Origin: Vulcanimicrobiota bacterium
GTDB taxonomy: Bacteria > Vulcanimicrobiota > Vulcanimicrobiia > Vulcanimicrobiales > Vulcanimicrobiaceae
Direction: 5' to 3'
Assembly (NCBI GenBank): GCA_963833095.1
Contig: CAWHWQ010000005.1
Span: 64,001 to 128,000, forward strand
Length of the DNA: 64,000 bases
Notes under the pieces: generated by a model
Databases searched by the model: none
What the model saw: the letters and a program-made list of their open reading frames with translations, nothing else
Told to the model about the DNA's origin: nothing
Position numbers and translations under genes: made by a program
Shown here: one piece after another, positions 38,133 through 47,974 of the stretch
Layout: the number at the start of each line of letters is the position of its first letter
How positions within the stretch are numbered: the stretch's first letter is position 1

Positions 38133-38971
38133 CCATGGCTGAGGGCTTCTTTCTTCCGTTATCATCGGGGCGCATCCGCGTGGAGCGCTTTGGACCACCA
38201 TCGGCGCGGGCAGTCATCTGCGTGCACGGCATCTCATCGAACGCGCGCGTTTTCACGCCGATTCGCGACGCCCTTGCAATGCAAGGCCGTCAAGTCATCG
38301 CGCTGGATTTGCGCGGCCGTGGACTCAGCGAAAAAAGCGAAGCCGGCACGTACGGATGGTTGCGCCATGCCCGCGACGTCTTCGAAGTCGCCGAACGCCT
38401 AAAGCTAGAGGAATTCGATCTGGTCGGCCATTCGATGGGAGCCTTCGTCGGCATGAACGCCGTCGCCATCGACAAGCGCAAGCAAATCGGCAAGATCGTG
38501 CTCATCGACGGCCTTGGCCTTCCGAGCGCCACGGCCGCCGCTGCGCTAGCGCGAAACGCAACGCGATTGAACTGGATCTACCGCAACGCGGACGACTATG
38601 TGAAAGCCGTGCAGAGCTTGGGGCTGGCTTCGCCCTGGACCGATCATTGGGAGCGGCACTACCGCTACGAGGTCGAATCGACGGAGCGCGGCGTGCGCGC
38701 GCGCACCAAATTCGGCGCGGTCCTCGAGGATGCAGCGTACGCGGCGACGCATTCGCCGAGCACCTTGTGGGGATCGCTTTGCATTCCGGTCCTGCTCTTG
38801 CGCGCGTCGCGGCCGCTTGCCGCTCCGAACGGATTCGTCGTCACACGACACGACCTCTCCGCCTTTAAGCGATCGACACCCGCCGCGATCGTGCAGGAAA
38901 TCGACGCCAATCACTTTGGAATCGTCATGCACGACGATGCACTTTCCGCGATCAGAGGGTTCTTATGCTAA
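38129..38971 (+). CDS. Alpha/beta hydrolase (esterase/lactonase-like) 2
   Basis: VHGISS, DLRGRG, GHSMG and DANHFG; collinear paralog of the upstream gene. Confidence 0.9.
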   Translation: MTMAEGFFLPLSSGRIRVERFGPPSARAVICVHGISSNARVFTPIRDALAMQGRQVIALDLRGRGLSEKSEAGTYGWLRHARDVFEVAERLKLEEFDLVGHSMGAFVGMNAVAIDKRKQIGKIVLIDGLGLPSATAAAALARNATRLNWIYRNADDYVKAVQSLGLASPWTDHWERHYRYEVESTERGVRARTKFGAVLEDAAYAATHSPSTLWGSLCIPVLLLRASRPLAAPNGFVVTRHDLSAFKRSTPAAIVQEIDANHFGIVMHDDALSAIRGFLC

Positions 38972-40587
38972 GTACGATGCCGGATCGGCCACTCTCGATC
39001 CATGCGATCCTCGAACATGCCGCGCGCGCGCATCCTCATAAGGGCATCGTGGCGCGCGACGGCCCGGACATCGTTCGCATCGACTACGCGACCTTTGCCA
39101 AGCGCGTGGCCAAACTCGCCCATGCGCTCGACGAACTTGGCGTGCGGCCCGGCGACCGCGTCGCGTCGTTTGCCTGGAACGGGCATCGCCACATGGAGCT
39201 GTACTACGCAGTGCCGATGATCGGCGCCGTACTCCACACGGTAAACATTCGGCTCTTCCCGGATCAGGTCGCGTTCATTCTGGATCACGCCGAGGATCGC
39301 GTCGTCTTTTTCGACGCCTCGCTGGCCAAAGCGGTCCAAGCTGCCCGCGCTCTCCAGCCCCAAGCGCAACGCGTGTTCGTCGCTATGGGCGCGCTGACCG
39401 AACCCTTCGAAGGTGCGCTCGACTACGAGACGCTCGTCGCGACGAAACCCGAGCACTACGAATGGCCGCAGGTCGACGAACGTTCGGCTGCGCTCTTATG
39501 CTATACGTCGGCGACGACCGGCGATCCCAAGGGCGTCCTCTTCTCGCATCGTTCGACCTATATTCACGCACTTGCCAGCGCCCTGCCCGATTACCTCGGA
39601 GCCCGCGAGCGCGACCGTATTCTTCCGATCGTGCCGATGTTTCACGTCAACGCCTGGGGCTTTCCGTTCATCGCCCCGATGGTCGGCGCCGATCTGATCA
39701 TGCCGATGGACCGTCTCGACGCACCGGGCGTGATCGAACTGTGCAAGAACGAACGCGTGACGCTGTCCGCCGGTGTGCCGACCGTGTGGTTGGCCGTGCG
39801 CGACGCGCTGGTTGCGAACAACGATCGCTTGCCCGACCTCAAACGCGTCGTCATCGGCGGCTCGGCGATGCCGCGTTCGCTCTACGACGCCCTCGAGCAG
39901 CTCGGCATCGAGGGCGTTCACGCCTGGGGAATGACCGAGATGTCGCCGATCGGCACGGTCAACTCGCCTGCATCGGAACTCGCGAACAACCCGGAGCGCC
40001 AGCACGAGGAGCGGTACAAAGCCGGGCGCTTTGCGCCGATTGTCCAATGGCGATTGATTGACGAGCACGGCAACGACGTGGCCGCCGACGGCGTCTCCCG
40101 CGGCGAACTGCTCGTACGCGGGTATGCGGTCACGACGAAATATTACAACAATGAAAGCGCGACCGCGGCGGCGTTCACGCCTGACGGGTGGTTTCACACC
40201 GGCGACGTCTGCACGGTCGACGAGTTCGGATACCTCGACATCGTCGATCGCACCAAAGATTTCATCAAGTCGGGCGGTGAGTGGATCTCATCGGTCGAGG
40301 TGGAGAACACGATCATGGGCCATGCCGCCGTACGCGAAGCGTGCGTGTTCGGCCTTGCGCACCCCAAGTGGCAGGAGCGTCCGGTCGCGGCCGTCGTGAT
40401 CCGCGAAGGGCACGAGCTCGACGAGGACACCTTGCGCGCGTGGCTCGCGCAACATTTGGCGAGTTGGCAAATCCCGGATCGCGTACTCTTCATCGATGCG
40501 ATTCCCCGCACGGGTGTCGGCAAATTTCTCAAGCGTGAATTGCGCACACAATATGCGACGCTGCTCACCCAAGGCGAGCGCGTTTGA
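38965..40587 (+). CDS. Fatty-acid--CoA ligase (AlkK/DmdB-like)
   Basis: YTSATTGDPKG, PMFHVNAWG, AWGMTE, FHTGD and IKSGGEWISS. Confidence 0.93.
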   Translation: MLSTMPDRPLSIHAILEHAARAHPHKGIVARDGPDIVRIDYATFAKRVAKLAHALDELGVRPGDRVASFAWNGHRHMELYYAVPMIGAVLHTVNIRLFPDQVAFILDHAEDRVVFFDASLAKAVQAARALQPQAQRVFVAMGALTEPFEGALDYETLVATKPEHYEWPQVDERSAALLCYTSATTGDPKGVLFSHRSTYIHALASALPDYLGARERDRILPIVPMFHVNAWGFPFIAPMVGADLIMPMDRLDAPGVIELCKNERVTLSAGVPTVWLAVRDALVANNDRLPDLKRVVIGGSAMPRSLYDALEQLGIEGVHAWGMTEMSPIGTVNSPASELANNPERQHEERYKAGRFAPIVQWRLIDEHGNDVAADGVSRGELLVRGYAVTTKYYNNESATAAAFTPDGWFHTGDVCTVDEFGYLDIVDRTKDFIKSGGEWISSVEVENTIMGHAAVREACVFGLAHPKWQERPVAAVVIREGHELDEDTLRAWLAQHLASWQIPDRVLFIDAIPRTGVGKFLKRELRTQYATLLTQGERV

Positions 40588-41042
40588 AGGCCGCGATCAC
40601 CTCCTTTGCGCAGCTCGAGGCGATGCGCGGAACCCATATCCAGAGCGACTGGTTCACCGTCACACAAGACGCCATCGGCCAATTTGCCGACGTCACGCAG
40701 GATCATCAATGGATTCATGTCGACTCGCAGCGAGCCGCCACCGAATCGCCCTATCACACCACGGTCGCCCACGGTTTTTTTACCCTAAGTCTTCTTCCGA
40801 CGCTGCTCTCGCAGAGCCTGGGATTCGCTTGCTCGATGATCCTCAACTATGGATTCGATCGCATTCGATTCATCGGGCCGGTGCCGTCGGGCTCGCGCAT
40901 TCGCGGAACGTTCACGCTCGAAGACGTGCTCCCGGCGGGCGAAGGGGCGGCGACGCTCAGGTGGCATGCGCAGGTCGAAGTCGAAGGCCAAGAACGCCCT
41001 GCGCTGGACGCAGTCTGGCTTCAGCGCGCGTATTTCAACTAG
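40584..41042 (+). CDS. MaoC-family dehydratase (R-specific enoyl-CoA hydratase-like)
   Basis: FADVTQDHQWIHVD, VAHGFFTLSL and NYG..RIRF. Confidence 0.92.
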   Translation: MKAAITSFAQLEAMRGTHIQSDWFTVTQDAIGQFADVTQDHQWIHVDSQRAATESPYHTTVAHGFFTLSLLPTLLSQSLGFACSMILNYGFDRIRFIGPVPSGSRIRGTFTLEDVLPAGEGAATLRWHAQVEVEGQERPALDAVWLQRAYFN

Positions 41043-41054
41043 CCGATATACTTT

Positions 41055-42059
41055 ATGGGTATGAAACGGCCGGCCGACACGTCGATCACGCACATCTTGC
41101 CTCTCAGTGTCGACCCCGGCCTGCGGCGCAGCTTCCGCTTTGGCTTGTTACTCGAAGTTCTCGACCGGCTTGCCGAACAGACCGCGCTTGCCTACGTGGG
41201 GCCGGATAGCGGTGTACGTTTCGTCACCGCGGCAATCGATCAGATCCGCTTACATGGAGCGCTCGACACCACGCGCGACTTGACCATGCTCTCGCGCGTC
41301 AATTATGTGCGCACGAGTTCGCTCGAAGTCGGGGTCCGAGTCGAACAGCCGACGGAGAGCCATTTTGGTTCGTGTTATTTCACGATGGTCGCGCAGCCGC
41401 GCGGGCGGGAACTGTTGCCGCTGCACTATCTCGACGAGATCGACCGTCGTCGCAAGGCCGAAGCGATCCAACGGCGCGCCGCATCTCCCAGCAAAGCCGA
41501 GGAGATCGCGCCGCCGACACGCGAGGAGCAAGCGCTGCTCGCGCAACTGCACATGGCCCTGGAAGGACGCGGTTTCGACGGGCGATTGGTTTGCGATTTG
41601 GTATCGCGCGGTTACGAGCGCCCCGATCTCGAACACGAGCGGGCTCCGGCAAGAATCTCAGGCGGCTTCGTGACCCATCGCGCCTATCTGCATGCGGCAA
41701 CCTGCGCCGAACTCATCGCGCCCGATAAGCCGCTTCTCGTCGCTGTCAACCGAATCAACTTCTTACAGCCGGTGCGCGTCGGCGATACGTTGCACTTCAC
41801 CTCGCGCGTCACGTACACCGGTGCGACGTCGATCTGCGTCGAGGTCGATATCGTGCGTGAAAGTGACGACCACAGCACGGCGGCGCTGTGCAACACCTGC
41901 ACGTTCACGTTTCGCAACGTCGACGCTGAGCTCAACGGTCGCCCGGTACCAACCGTGTACCCGACGACCTATGCCGAGGACCTACGCTATCTGGCCGCGC
42001 ACCGGCGGCGAACTATTGCGCGAAATGAACGTCCGTTGGCGCCTGCGGCGGGGTCTTGA
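41055..42059 (+). CDS. Double-hotdog acyl-CoA thioesterase
   Basis: GLLLEVLDRLA, VTAAID, VNYVRTSSLEVG; second domain with INFLQPVRVGD and VYPTTY. Confidence 0.85.
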   Translation: MGMKRPADTSITHILPLSVDPGLRRSFRFGLLLEVLDRLAEQTALAYVGPDSGVRFVTAAIDQIRLHGALDTTRDLTMLSRVNYVRTSSLEVGVRVEQPTESHFGSCYFTMVAQPRGRELLPLHYLDEIDRRRKAEAIQRRAASPSKAEEIAPPTREEQALLAQLHMALEGRGFDGRLVCDLVSRGYERPDLEHERAPARISGGFVTHRAYLHAATCAELIAPDKPLLVAVNRINFLQPVRVGDTLHFTSRVTYTGATSICVEVDIVRESDDHSTAALCNTCTFTFRNVDAELNGRPVPTVYPTTYAEDLRYLAAHRRRTIARNERPLAPAAGS

Positions 42060-42831
42060 TCGAGATAAACCGCAGCGGCGTCGATGAGGTTTGGACTAAG
42101 CCCGCATGGTTGGTGCCCATCGGGATAACGATCATCATTCCGGCTTTGAGCGGCACCTGCTCGTTGCCCAGCCATTCGGTTCCGGTGCCGTCGAGGACGA
42201 CTTGGATTTCATTTGCATCGGCATGATAATGCTTGAGCGCGGTCCCCGTTTGAAGTGCAAGCGTCATGCCGTCGGTGACAACCAGCGTCTTTGAGCGCAG
42301 GTTTGGAAAGGTCGTCGACGGAGGCGGCATGGAGTCCGCCGTGATTGCCATCAAATCGATCGTGGCCGGCTGCAACTTTATCGTTGACGCAGGCGCAGTT
42401 TGCGAACCCGGTAGGAGATGGATGTCGGTCGGTGCCTGGGGCGGCGTCTTGAACGCCACCAAGCGCAACCTTCCGTCGGAGGTATCGACGATGCCGGCGT
42501 GCGCCGTATCGCTCGGGATAACGATCAACATACCGGGTCGTAGCGGTACCTGACGATCGCCCAGCCACTCCGTGCCGCTTCCGCCGACGATAAGTTGAAT
42601 CTCGCTCGAGTCAGCGTGATAGTGCTTGGGCGCGCTGCCAATCGAGAGCGCGGCCGTCATGCCGTCCGTTACCACCAGCGCTTTCTGGTGTAGGTTTGGA
42701 AAAGCTGGCGAGGTCGGCATCGCATCCGGCGAAATGGTCATGAGGTCGATGGCCGCAGGCGCGAGCGGTGCGGCAGCGCCGATCGCAAAGACTGCCGCCG
42801 CGATACCGATGAGGCGTAGAAGGTTCTTCAT
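42013..42831 (-). CDS. Secreted tandem cupin (bicupin) protein
   Basis: Signal peptide; two repeats, each KHYHAD..EIQ...G.GTEWLG...HAG...KTPPQAPTD. Confidence 0.85.
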   Translation of the reverse strand: MKNLLRLIGIAAAVFAIGAAAPLAPAAIDLMTISPDAMPTSPAFPNLHQKALVVTDGMTAALSIGSAPKHYHADSSEIQLIVGGSGTEWLGDRQVPLRPGMLIVIPSDTAHAGIVDTSDGRLRLVAFKTPPQAPTDIHLLPGSQTAPASTIKLQPATIDLMAITADSMPPPSTTFPNLRSKTLVVTDGMTLALQTGTALKHYHADANEIQVVLDGTGTEWLGNEQVPLKAGMMIVIPMGTNHAGLVQTSSTPLRFISIKTPPQAPTDVHFAQ

Positions 42832-42858
42832 TAAATGTAAGCTCCTGTAAGCGACCTA

Positions 42859-43680
42859 TCAGTCGCTCGTCTCCAGAATCCTCCGTTCGCGAAACAATCC
42901 CGGTGTCAAACCCGTGACCGATTTGAAGACACGCGTGAGATGGCTCTGATCGGCAAATCCACATGCCGCTGCGATATCGGCCAAATTCATGGCTTGGTCA
43001 CCAATAAGCCGGCACGCATGCTGCACGCGCAGCCGGCTCACATAGTCACCGATCGTGACGCCCTCGTCAAGGCGAAAACCGCGTGCAAGCGAGGCCGGAT
43101 GGATGCCTACGCGCTCGGCCAATGCTTCCAGCGAAAGCCGCTCGGCGAATCGCTCGCGCAGCGAGCTTTTCACTGCGGTGACCCAGGCGCGCTGCGGCCG
43201 ATCGCGGTCGACCAAGCGCAGTGCAATGCCGAGCATCTCAGAGACGATCGCGTCTGCTTCCAGCGCATCTACTTCGTCGTCTACGAACTGGTTTAGGAGC
43301 GCAACGGCGAGCCACACGGCTTCACCGTACTGCAGCTCCAAACGCCACGCGGACGTATCGAAGTGTATGCCGATGCGCGTTTGCCATTCGTCGCCGAGCT
43401 CGATCGCGAAGAGCGTTGTGTCATCGCCCATTTGATCCGAGTGCACGAGGTTGGGCGGGTGAAAGGCGAGGCTAAAAGGTTCGTAGCGCACGGTCGTACC
43501 GTCATGCGTCTCCTCGTAGGCGCCGGAAACGAGCAGCGTAAAGTACGCGAGCGAATGCTCGTGCACGGCGATCTGTCGGGCACGTGGATGCTGGACGATA
43601 GAGAAGGTCAAGCCGCCCACGCGCGCCGCGCGCGCGACGCTGCCGTACCACTCTCCCGGACCGAGCCTGGCTGTTGCCAT
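42859..43680 (-). CDS. AraC-family regulator with a cupin-like sensing domain
   Basis: HEH, FHPPNLVHSD and IAAACGFADQSHLTRVFK; start moved to ATG 43680. Confidence 0.92.
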   Translation of the reverse strand: MATARLGPGEWYGSVARAARVGGLTFSIVQHPRARQIAVHEHSLAYFTLLVSGAYEETHDGTTVRYEPFSLAFHPPNLVHSDQMGDDTTLFAIELGDEWQTRIGIHFDTSAWRLELQYGEAVWLAVALLNQFVDDEVDALEADAIVSEMLGIALRLVDRDRPQRAWVTAVKSSLRERFAERLSLEALAERVGIHPASLARGFRLDEGVTIGDYVSRLRVQHACRLIGDQAMNLADIAAACGFADQSHLTRVFKSVTGLTPGLFRERRILETSD

Positions 43681-43784
43681 GCCACCATCTTCGGCGCTCG
43701 CGCGGGGATTGTCTTGAACGATCCTTGCGCTGCCGGGCAAATTGCGTTCAAGACGAGCTGCGAAATCCGCGCGATGATAGGAGC

Positions 43785-44486
43785 ATGAATAGACGAAGCC
43801 TGCTGGGCGCCTCGATGGCCACCGGAATCGCCGCAGCCTTACCACGAGCCCTGCGCGCCACCGATCTTGCCGCAGCCGCACCGCTCAAAGTTCCCGCCGA
43901 TGGAAAAATCCGGGTGGCGTTCATGATCTCGAGTGGGGCCAACGTGATCGACCTCGCCGGCGCCTGGGAAACGTTCCAAGACGTGATGCTGCCTAATGGC
44001 GATATGCCCTTCGAACTCTTCACCCTCGCTGAGACGACCAACATCGTCGAAATGACGGGCGGCCTACGAATCGAGCCGACGTACTCGTTCGGAGCCGGCG
44101 ACATTCCGCATACCAACATTCTGGTGGTGGGCGCGCAGAGCGACGGCTCGGACACCTTTATGAAGCTGTTGCGCGATGTTCAGGGCAAAATCGACCTCAC
44201 CATGTCGGTGTGCACCGGTGCGTTCAAGTTGGCAAAGTCCGGCATTCTCGACGGCAAGTCGGCGACGACACACCACGAGTACTACGACGAGTTTGCCAAA
44301 CAATACCCGAAGGTCACGCTGGTGCGCGGCGAGCGCTTCGTCGACAACGGTAGCATTATTACCGCGGGCGGTCTGACCTCAGGCATCTCGGCCGCATTGC
44401 ACGTCATTTCGCGCTACTACGACGCGCCCACCGCTGCCACGACGGCGGCATATATGGAGTTTACGACGACGCCGCGTACAGCCTAA
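43785..44486 (+). CDS. DJ-1/PfpI-family protein with a Tat signal
   Basis: MNRRSLLG twin-arginine leader, SVCTGA, ATTHH and TAGGLTSGI; AGGAG RBS. Confidence 0.9.
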   Translation: MNRRSLLGASMATGIAAALPRALRATDLAAAAPLKVPADGKIRVAFMISSGANVIDLAGAWETFQDVMLPNGDMPFELFTLAETTNIVEMTGGLRIEPTYSFGAGDIPHTNILVVGAQSDGSDTFMKLLRDVQGKIDLTMSVCTGAFKLAKSGILDGKSATTHHEYYDEFAKQYPKVTLVRGERFVDNGSIITAGGLTSGISAALHVISRYYDAPTAATTAAYMEFTTTPRTA

Positions 44487-44541
44487 AAACGGCGCACCGC
44501 TCGGCCGCTAATTTGCCCCGATTGCGGGGTACAAATCGGGC

Positions 44542-45102
44542 ATGAATACGCTCGCAAAACTCACCTTGGGGACGGCGCTTGCCGTCGGAATCATTTTCTG
44601 GAGCGCAGCGGCGGACGCGTCGTCCGTCGCGAGCGGTGCGAATCTCAGCCTCGCTTCGTCGCTGATTGCCAGTGGAGGCGGCCCCGGCAGCTATTCGACC
44701 GTACGCGCGTTCAATGCAATGATCGGCGAGGACGCGGTGCTCGCAAACGAGCAACAGATCGCGGTCAGCTTCGGACAAACCAATGAAGATCGCTTCGTGC
44801 GTATGTTCGATTACACGATCGCCGATGCATGGCAGCTGGCCGGAAAGAACAATGTCTCGCTTCCGCCTGCTGCGCAGACGGCTGGCCAGGGGTTGGCGAC
44901 GCAACTCGTGCAAGCCGGTGTCGGCGCCGGCGGAACGTTTGACGCGACGAGAATGCTTACGTCACTCTTCGGCGACAAGATCGCAACCCAAACGATGGCG
45001 GATCTCAACGCCAAATACGGGCCCGGCGCATCCGACAACTTCGACCGGATGGCGGATCAGTTCTTCCACAACATCGGCCAAACGGTCGGAATGAACGTAT
45101 AG
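44542..45102 (+). CDS. Secreted hypothetical protein with a two-fold internal repeat
   Basis: Signal peptide; two halves align (LA..L...G.G.G...R.....G...D.F.RM.D). Confidence 0.75.
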   Translation: MNTLAKLTLGTALAVGIIFWSAAADASSVASGANLSLASSLIASGGGPGSYSTVRAFNAMIGEDAVLANEQQIAVSFGQTNEDRFVRMFDYTIADAWQLAGKNNVSLPPAAQTAGQGLATQLVQAGVGAGGTFDATRMLTSLFGDKIATQTMADLNAKYGPGASDNFDRMADQFFHNIGQTVGMNV

Positions 45103-45152
45103 CGAAATCCGTCGCGGGGGAGCGCCAGAGTCAACCGGCGAACGGCGCGCGC

Positions 45153-47015
45153 ATGCGCCGCGTGCAGGTCCCCGGTCCTCTGGCACTTGCCGCGCTTGGC
45201 GTCGTGTTTGGCGACATCGGCACGAGCCCGCTCTACACGCTGAGCACGTGTTTCACCACGGCGAACGCCGCGCCGACGCTCGAGAATACGCTCGGCATCA
45301 TCTCGCTACTCGCATGGGCGCTGATCATCGTCGTCTGCGTTAAATACGTGACGGTGCTCATGCGCGTCGATCACGAGGGCGAAGGCGGCATCCTCGCGCT
45401 GCTCGCCCTCGCGTCACCTCCGCGCCTGCTTGGAAAAATCCACGGGACGCGTTGGCTGATTCCCGTCGTCGTCATCGGTGCAGCGATGCTCATCGGCGAC
45501 GGCATGATCACGCCGGCCATCTCGGTGATTTCAGCGGTCGAAGGATTGAACGTTGCCACCAGCGCGGCGCAGCCGTTCATCGTCCCGATCTCGGCCGGTG
45601 TGCTACTCGCTCTGTTTCTCATTCAATTTCGCGGCACACAAAGCGTTGGATCGATCTTCGGGCCCGTTATGCTGCTATGGTTCATCGCGATTGCATGGGC
45701 CGGCGCAGTCGCGATCGCCGCGCACCCGGTGATCCTCGCAGCGATTAATCCCTTGCACGGGCTTGCGTTCATTTTTCACCACGGCATCTACGGCTTCTTG
45801 ATTTTTGGCGGTGTGATCTTGGTTCTCACCGGCGCCGAAGCACTTTATGCCGACCTTTCGCACTTCGGCCGCATTCCGATCACGTGGGCCTGGTACGGCA
45901 TCGTTCTTCCCTCGCTGTTACTCAACTATTTCGGCCAGGGTGCGATCGTGCTGGGTGATCCCAAAGCGCTCGATTCGCCGTTTTATGCGTTGACGACCGG
46001 TTGGACGCTCATGCCGATGGTTGTGCTTGCGACGCTCGCGACAGTAATTGCCTCGCAGGCGCTGATCTCCGGCGCGTTCACGCTTACCGAACAAGCTATT
46101 GCAATGAACCTTTGCCCACGCATGAAAGTCGTGCATACTTCGCAGGCGCAGCGCGGGCAGGTCTACATTCCGTTCGTCAATACGCTGCTCGCGATCGTGT
46201 GCTTGATCTTGGTCTTTACCTTCCGCAGCAGCGCGCATCTGGCCGCGGCCTACGGTCTTGCCGTAGCGTGCACGATGCTCGCGACGTCGCTCGCCTTTTT
46301 CGTCGTCGCTACCACGGTGTTCAAATGGCGCAAGCGTTACCTAATTCCCGGCATCAGTCTCTTCGTGCTCATCGATACGCTCTTCGTCGTATCGGGCTTA
46401 CCGAAGTTTTTCGAAGGCGCGTGGGTACCGCTCGCGGTGAGCGCGGTCATCGCCTTTGTCTCACTCACGTGGCTCAAAGGACGGCGTTCGCTTGCGCGAT
46501 CGCTTGCGGTCGACCAGCAACCTGTCGGCGAATTTCTCGCCGGGCATCCTCGCCCGAGCGCGCCCGTCGGGCAGACCATTATGTTGACCAACGATCCAAG
46601 TGGCGTTCCCTTCGTGCACAGTCATCACTGGATGCCTGCATTCCTGAGCGACAAGAAGATCGTGCTCCTGACACTGACGCCCGCGGCGCGTCCCTACGTG
46701 GAACAAACAAAACGGGTCGCAATCGAAGAGATTGCCCCGTCGCTCTTCATCCTCAAGGCAAGTTTCGGCTACATGGAGGAGCCCTCGCTGCGTTACATCC
46801 TCCGTGCCTGCAATAAGCTCGATTTCATGATTGACGATGCATCGACGACGTTTTTCTATTCTGCGCCGATCATTACCGGACGCCCGAAAGACGGCATGCG
46901 CCGAAGTCAACGCGCGCTTTTCGCTTGGCTCTCGCGCGTCTCGCGTTCGCTCGTGGATGATATGGAGATTCCGCCTGACCGCCGCGTCGGACTCGGCGTC
47001 GAAATCCAGCTCTAG
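45153..47015 (+). CDS. kup: KUP/HAK/KT potassium transporter
   Basis: GVVFGDIGTSPLY, GEGGILAL, TGAEALYADLSHFG, IASQALISG and FGYME. Confidence 0.96.
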   Translation: MRRVQVPGPLALAALGVVFGDIGTSPLYTLSTCFTTANAAPTLENTLGIISLLAWALIIVVCVKYVTVLMRVDHEGEGGILALLALASPPRLLGKIHGTRWLIPVVVIGAAMLIGDGMITPAISVISAVEGLNVATSAAQPFIVPISAGVLLALFLIQFRGTQSVGSIFGPVMLLWFIAIAWAGAVAIAAHPVILAAINPLHGLAFIFHHGIYGFLIFGGVILVLTGAEALYADLSHFGRIPITWAWYGIVLPSLLLNYFGQGAIVLGDPKALDSPFYALTTGWTLMPMVVLATLATVIASQALISGAFTLTEQAIAMNLCPRMKVVHTSQAQRGQVYIPFVNTLLAIVCLILVFTFRSSAHLAAAYGLAVACTMLATSLAFFVVATTVFKWRKRYLIPGISLFVLIDTLFVVSGLPKFFEGAWVPLAVSAVIAFVSLTWLKGRRSLARSLAVDQQPVGEFLAGHPRPSAPVGQTIMLTNDPSGVPFVHSHHWMPAFLSDKKIVLLTLTPAARPYVEQTKRVAIEEIAPSLFILKASFGYMEEPSLRYILRACNKLDFMIDDASTTFFYSAPIITGRPKDGMRRSQRALFAWLSRVSRSLVDDMEIPPDRRVGLGVEIQL

Positions 47016-47092
47016 ACTCCGCCGCCAAATGCGCGGGGATTCCCCTTTTAGCAACGAATCGTAGCCATCCCCAGCACGGATTGGAGGAACAC

Positions 47093-47974
47093 ATGTTTCC
47101 AGCCCAGTTCGATTATCAGCGGGCGCATTCGATCGATGAAGCTATTAGTGCGCTTGCTAGCCACGGCGACGATGCCCGCGTCCTCGCGGGCGGACAAAGC
47201 TTGATTCCCGCTATGCGTTATCGGCTTGCCCGGCCTGCCGTCCTAATCGACATCAATCCCATTGAAGAACTCGTCTTTCTTCGTGAAAGCAACGGCTTTT
47301 TATGCGTCGGCGCGGGCACGCGAGACTTTGCGCTCGAGGTCTCGCCGCTGATCGCCTCGCGCTATCCCCTCCTCGCCGACACGTCCGCGCTCGTCGCCGA
47401 TCCGGTCGTGCGTCAGATGGGAACGGTCGTCGGTAGCCTGTGCCACAACGATCCCGCCGGCGACTGGCCGGTTACCGCGCTTGCTGCGCGCGCCCAACTC
47501 GTGCTTCGTTCAAAAAGCGGAGAACGTACCGTGTCGATCGATGACTTTCTCGTCGATTCGTTCACAACGGCCGTTAAAGACGGCGAGATGGCGACCGAAG
47601 TTCGGTTCCCAACGCCGGACGAGCGGACACGCGGAGCGTATTACAAGATCGAGCGCAAGGTCGGCGATTTCGCGACTGCATCCGCGGCTGCGCGCGTAAC
47701 GCTCGCCGCCGACGGAACGATCGCCGGCGCCGGCATCGCGATCGGCGCGCTTGGCGCCAAAGCATTGCGGGTTAGCCAAGCCGAGAAATTGCTCACCGGC
47801 GCAAAGCCGAGCAAGGACGTCATCGCCGCCGCGGCGCGCGAAGCCGAGAAGCTGGCCGATCCCACGCCCGACAATCGCGGCAGCGTGCAGTACAAGAAGG
47901 CGATGGCCGGCGTGCTCGTCGCGCGCGCGCTCGCGACCACGTTTGAACGCCTTGGTGTAAAGGGGCTCGCATGA
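47093..47974 (+). CDS. coxM: CO dehydrogenase medium (FAD) subunit
   Basis: [21 protein letters not shown] and [18 protein letters not shown]. Confidence 0.92.
   Translation: MFPAQFDYQRAHSIDEAISALASHGDDARVLAGGQSLIPAMRYRLARPAVLIDINPIEELVFLRESNGFLCVGAGTRDFALEVSPLIASRYPLLADTSALVADPVVRQMGTVVGSLCHNDPAGDWPVTALAARAQLVLRSKSGERTVSIDDFLVDSFTTAVKDGEMATEVRFPTPDERTRGAYYKIERKVGDFATASAAARVTLAADGTIAGAGIAIGALGAKALRVSQAEKLLTGAKPSKDVIAAAAREAEKLADPTPDNRGSVQYKKAMAGVLVARALATTFERLGVKGLA

Noticed and set aside
44514..44531. TGCCCCGATTGCGGGGTA as a fourth copy of the 18-bp regulon motif
   Set aside because: It lacks the GGTGTA half-site and sits 10 nt from the ATG, leaving no room for the downstream extended -10; reported separately.
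45103..45152. Possible c-di-AMP riboswitch before kup (GAAATCC...GGGGGAGC)
   Set aside because: The gap is only about 50 nt, too short, and the other conserved elements are missing.
47035..47049. GGGGA-T-TCCCC followed by TTTT upstream of coxM as a terminator or operator
   Set aside because: The stem is very short and single-copy; it cannot be distinguished from chance.
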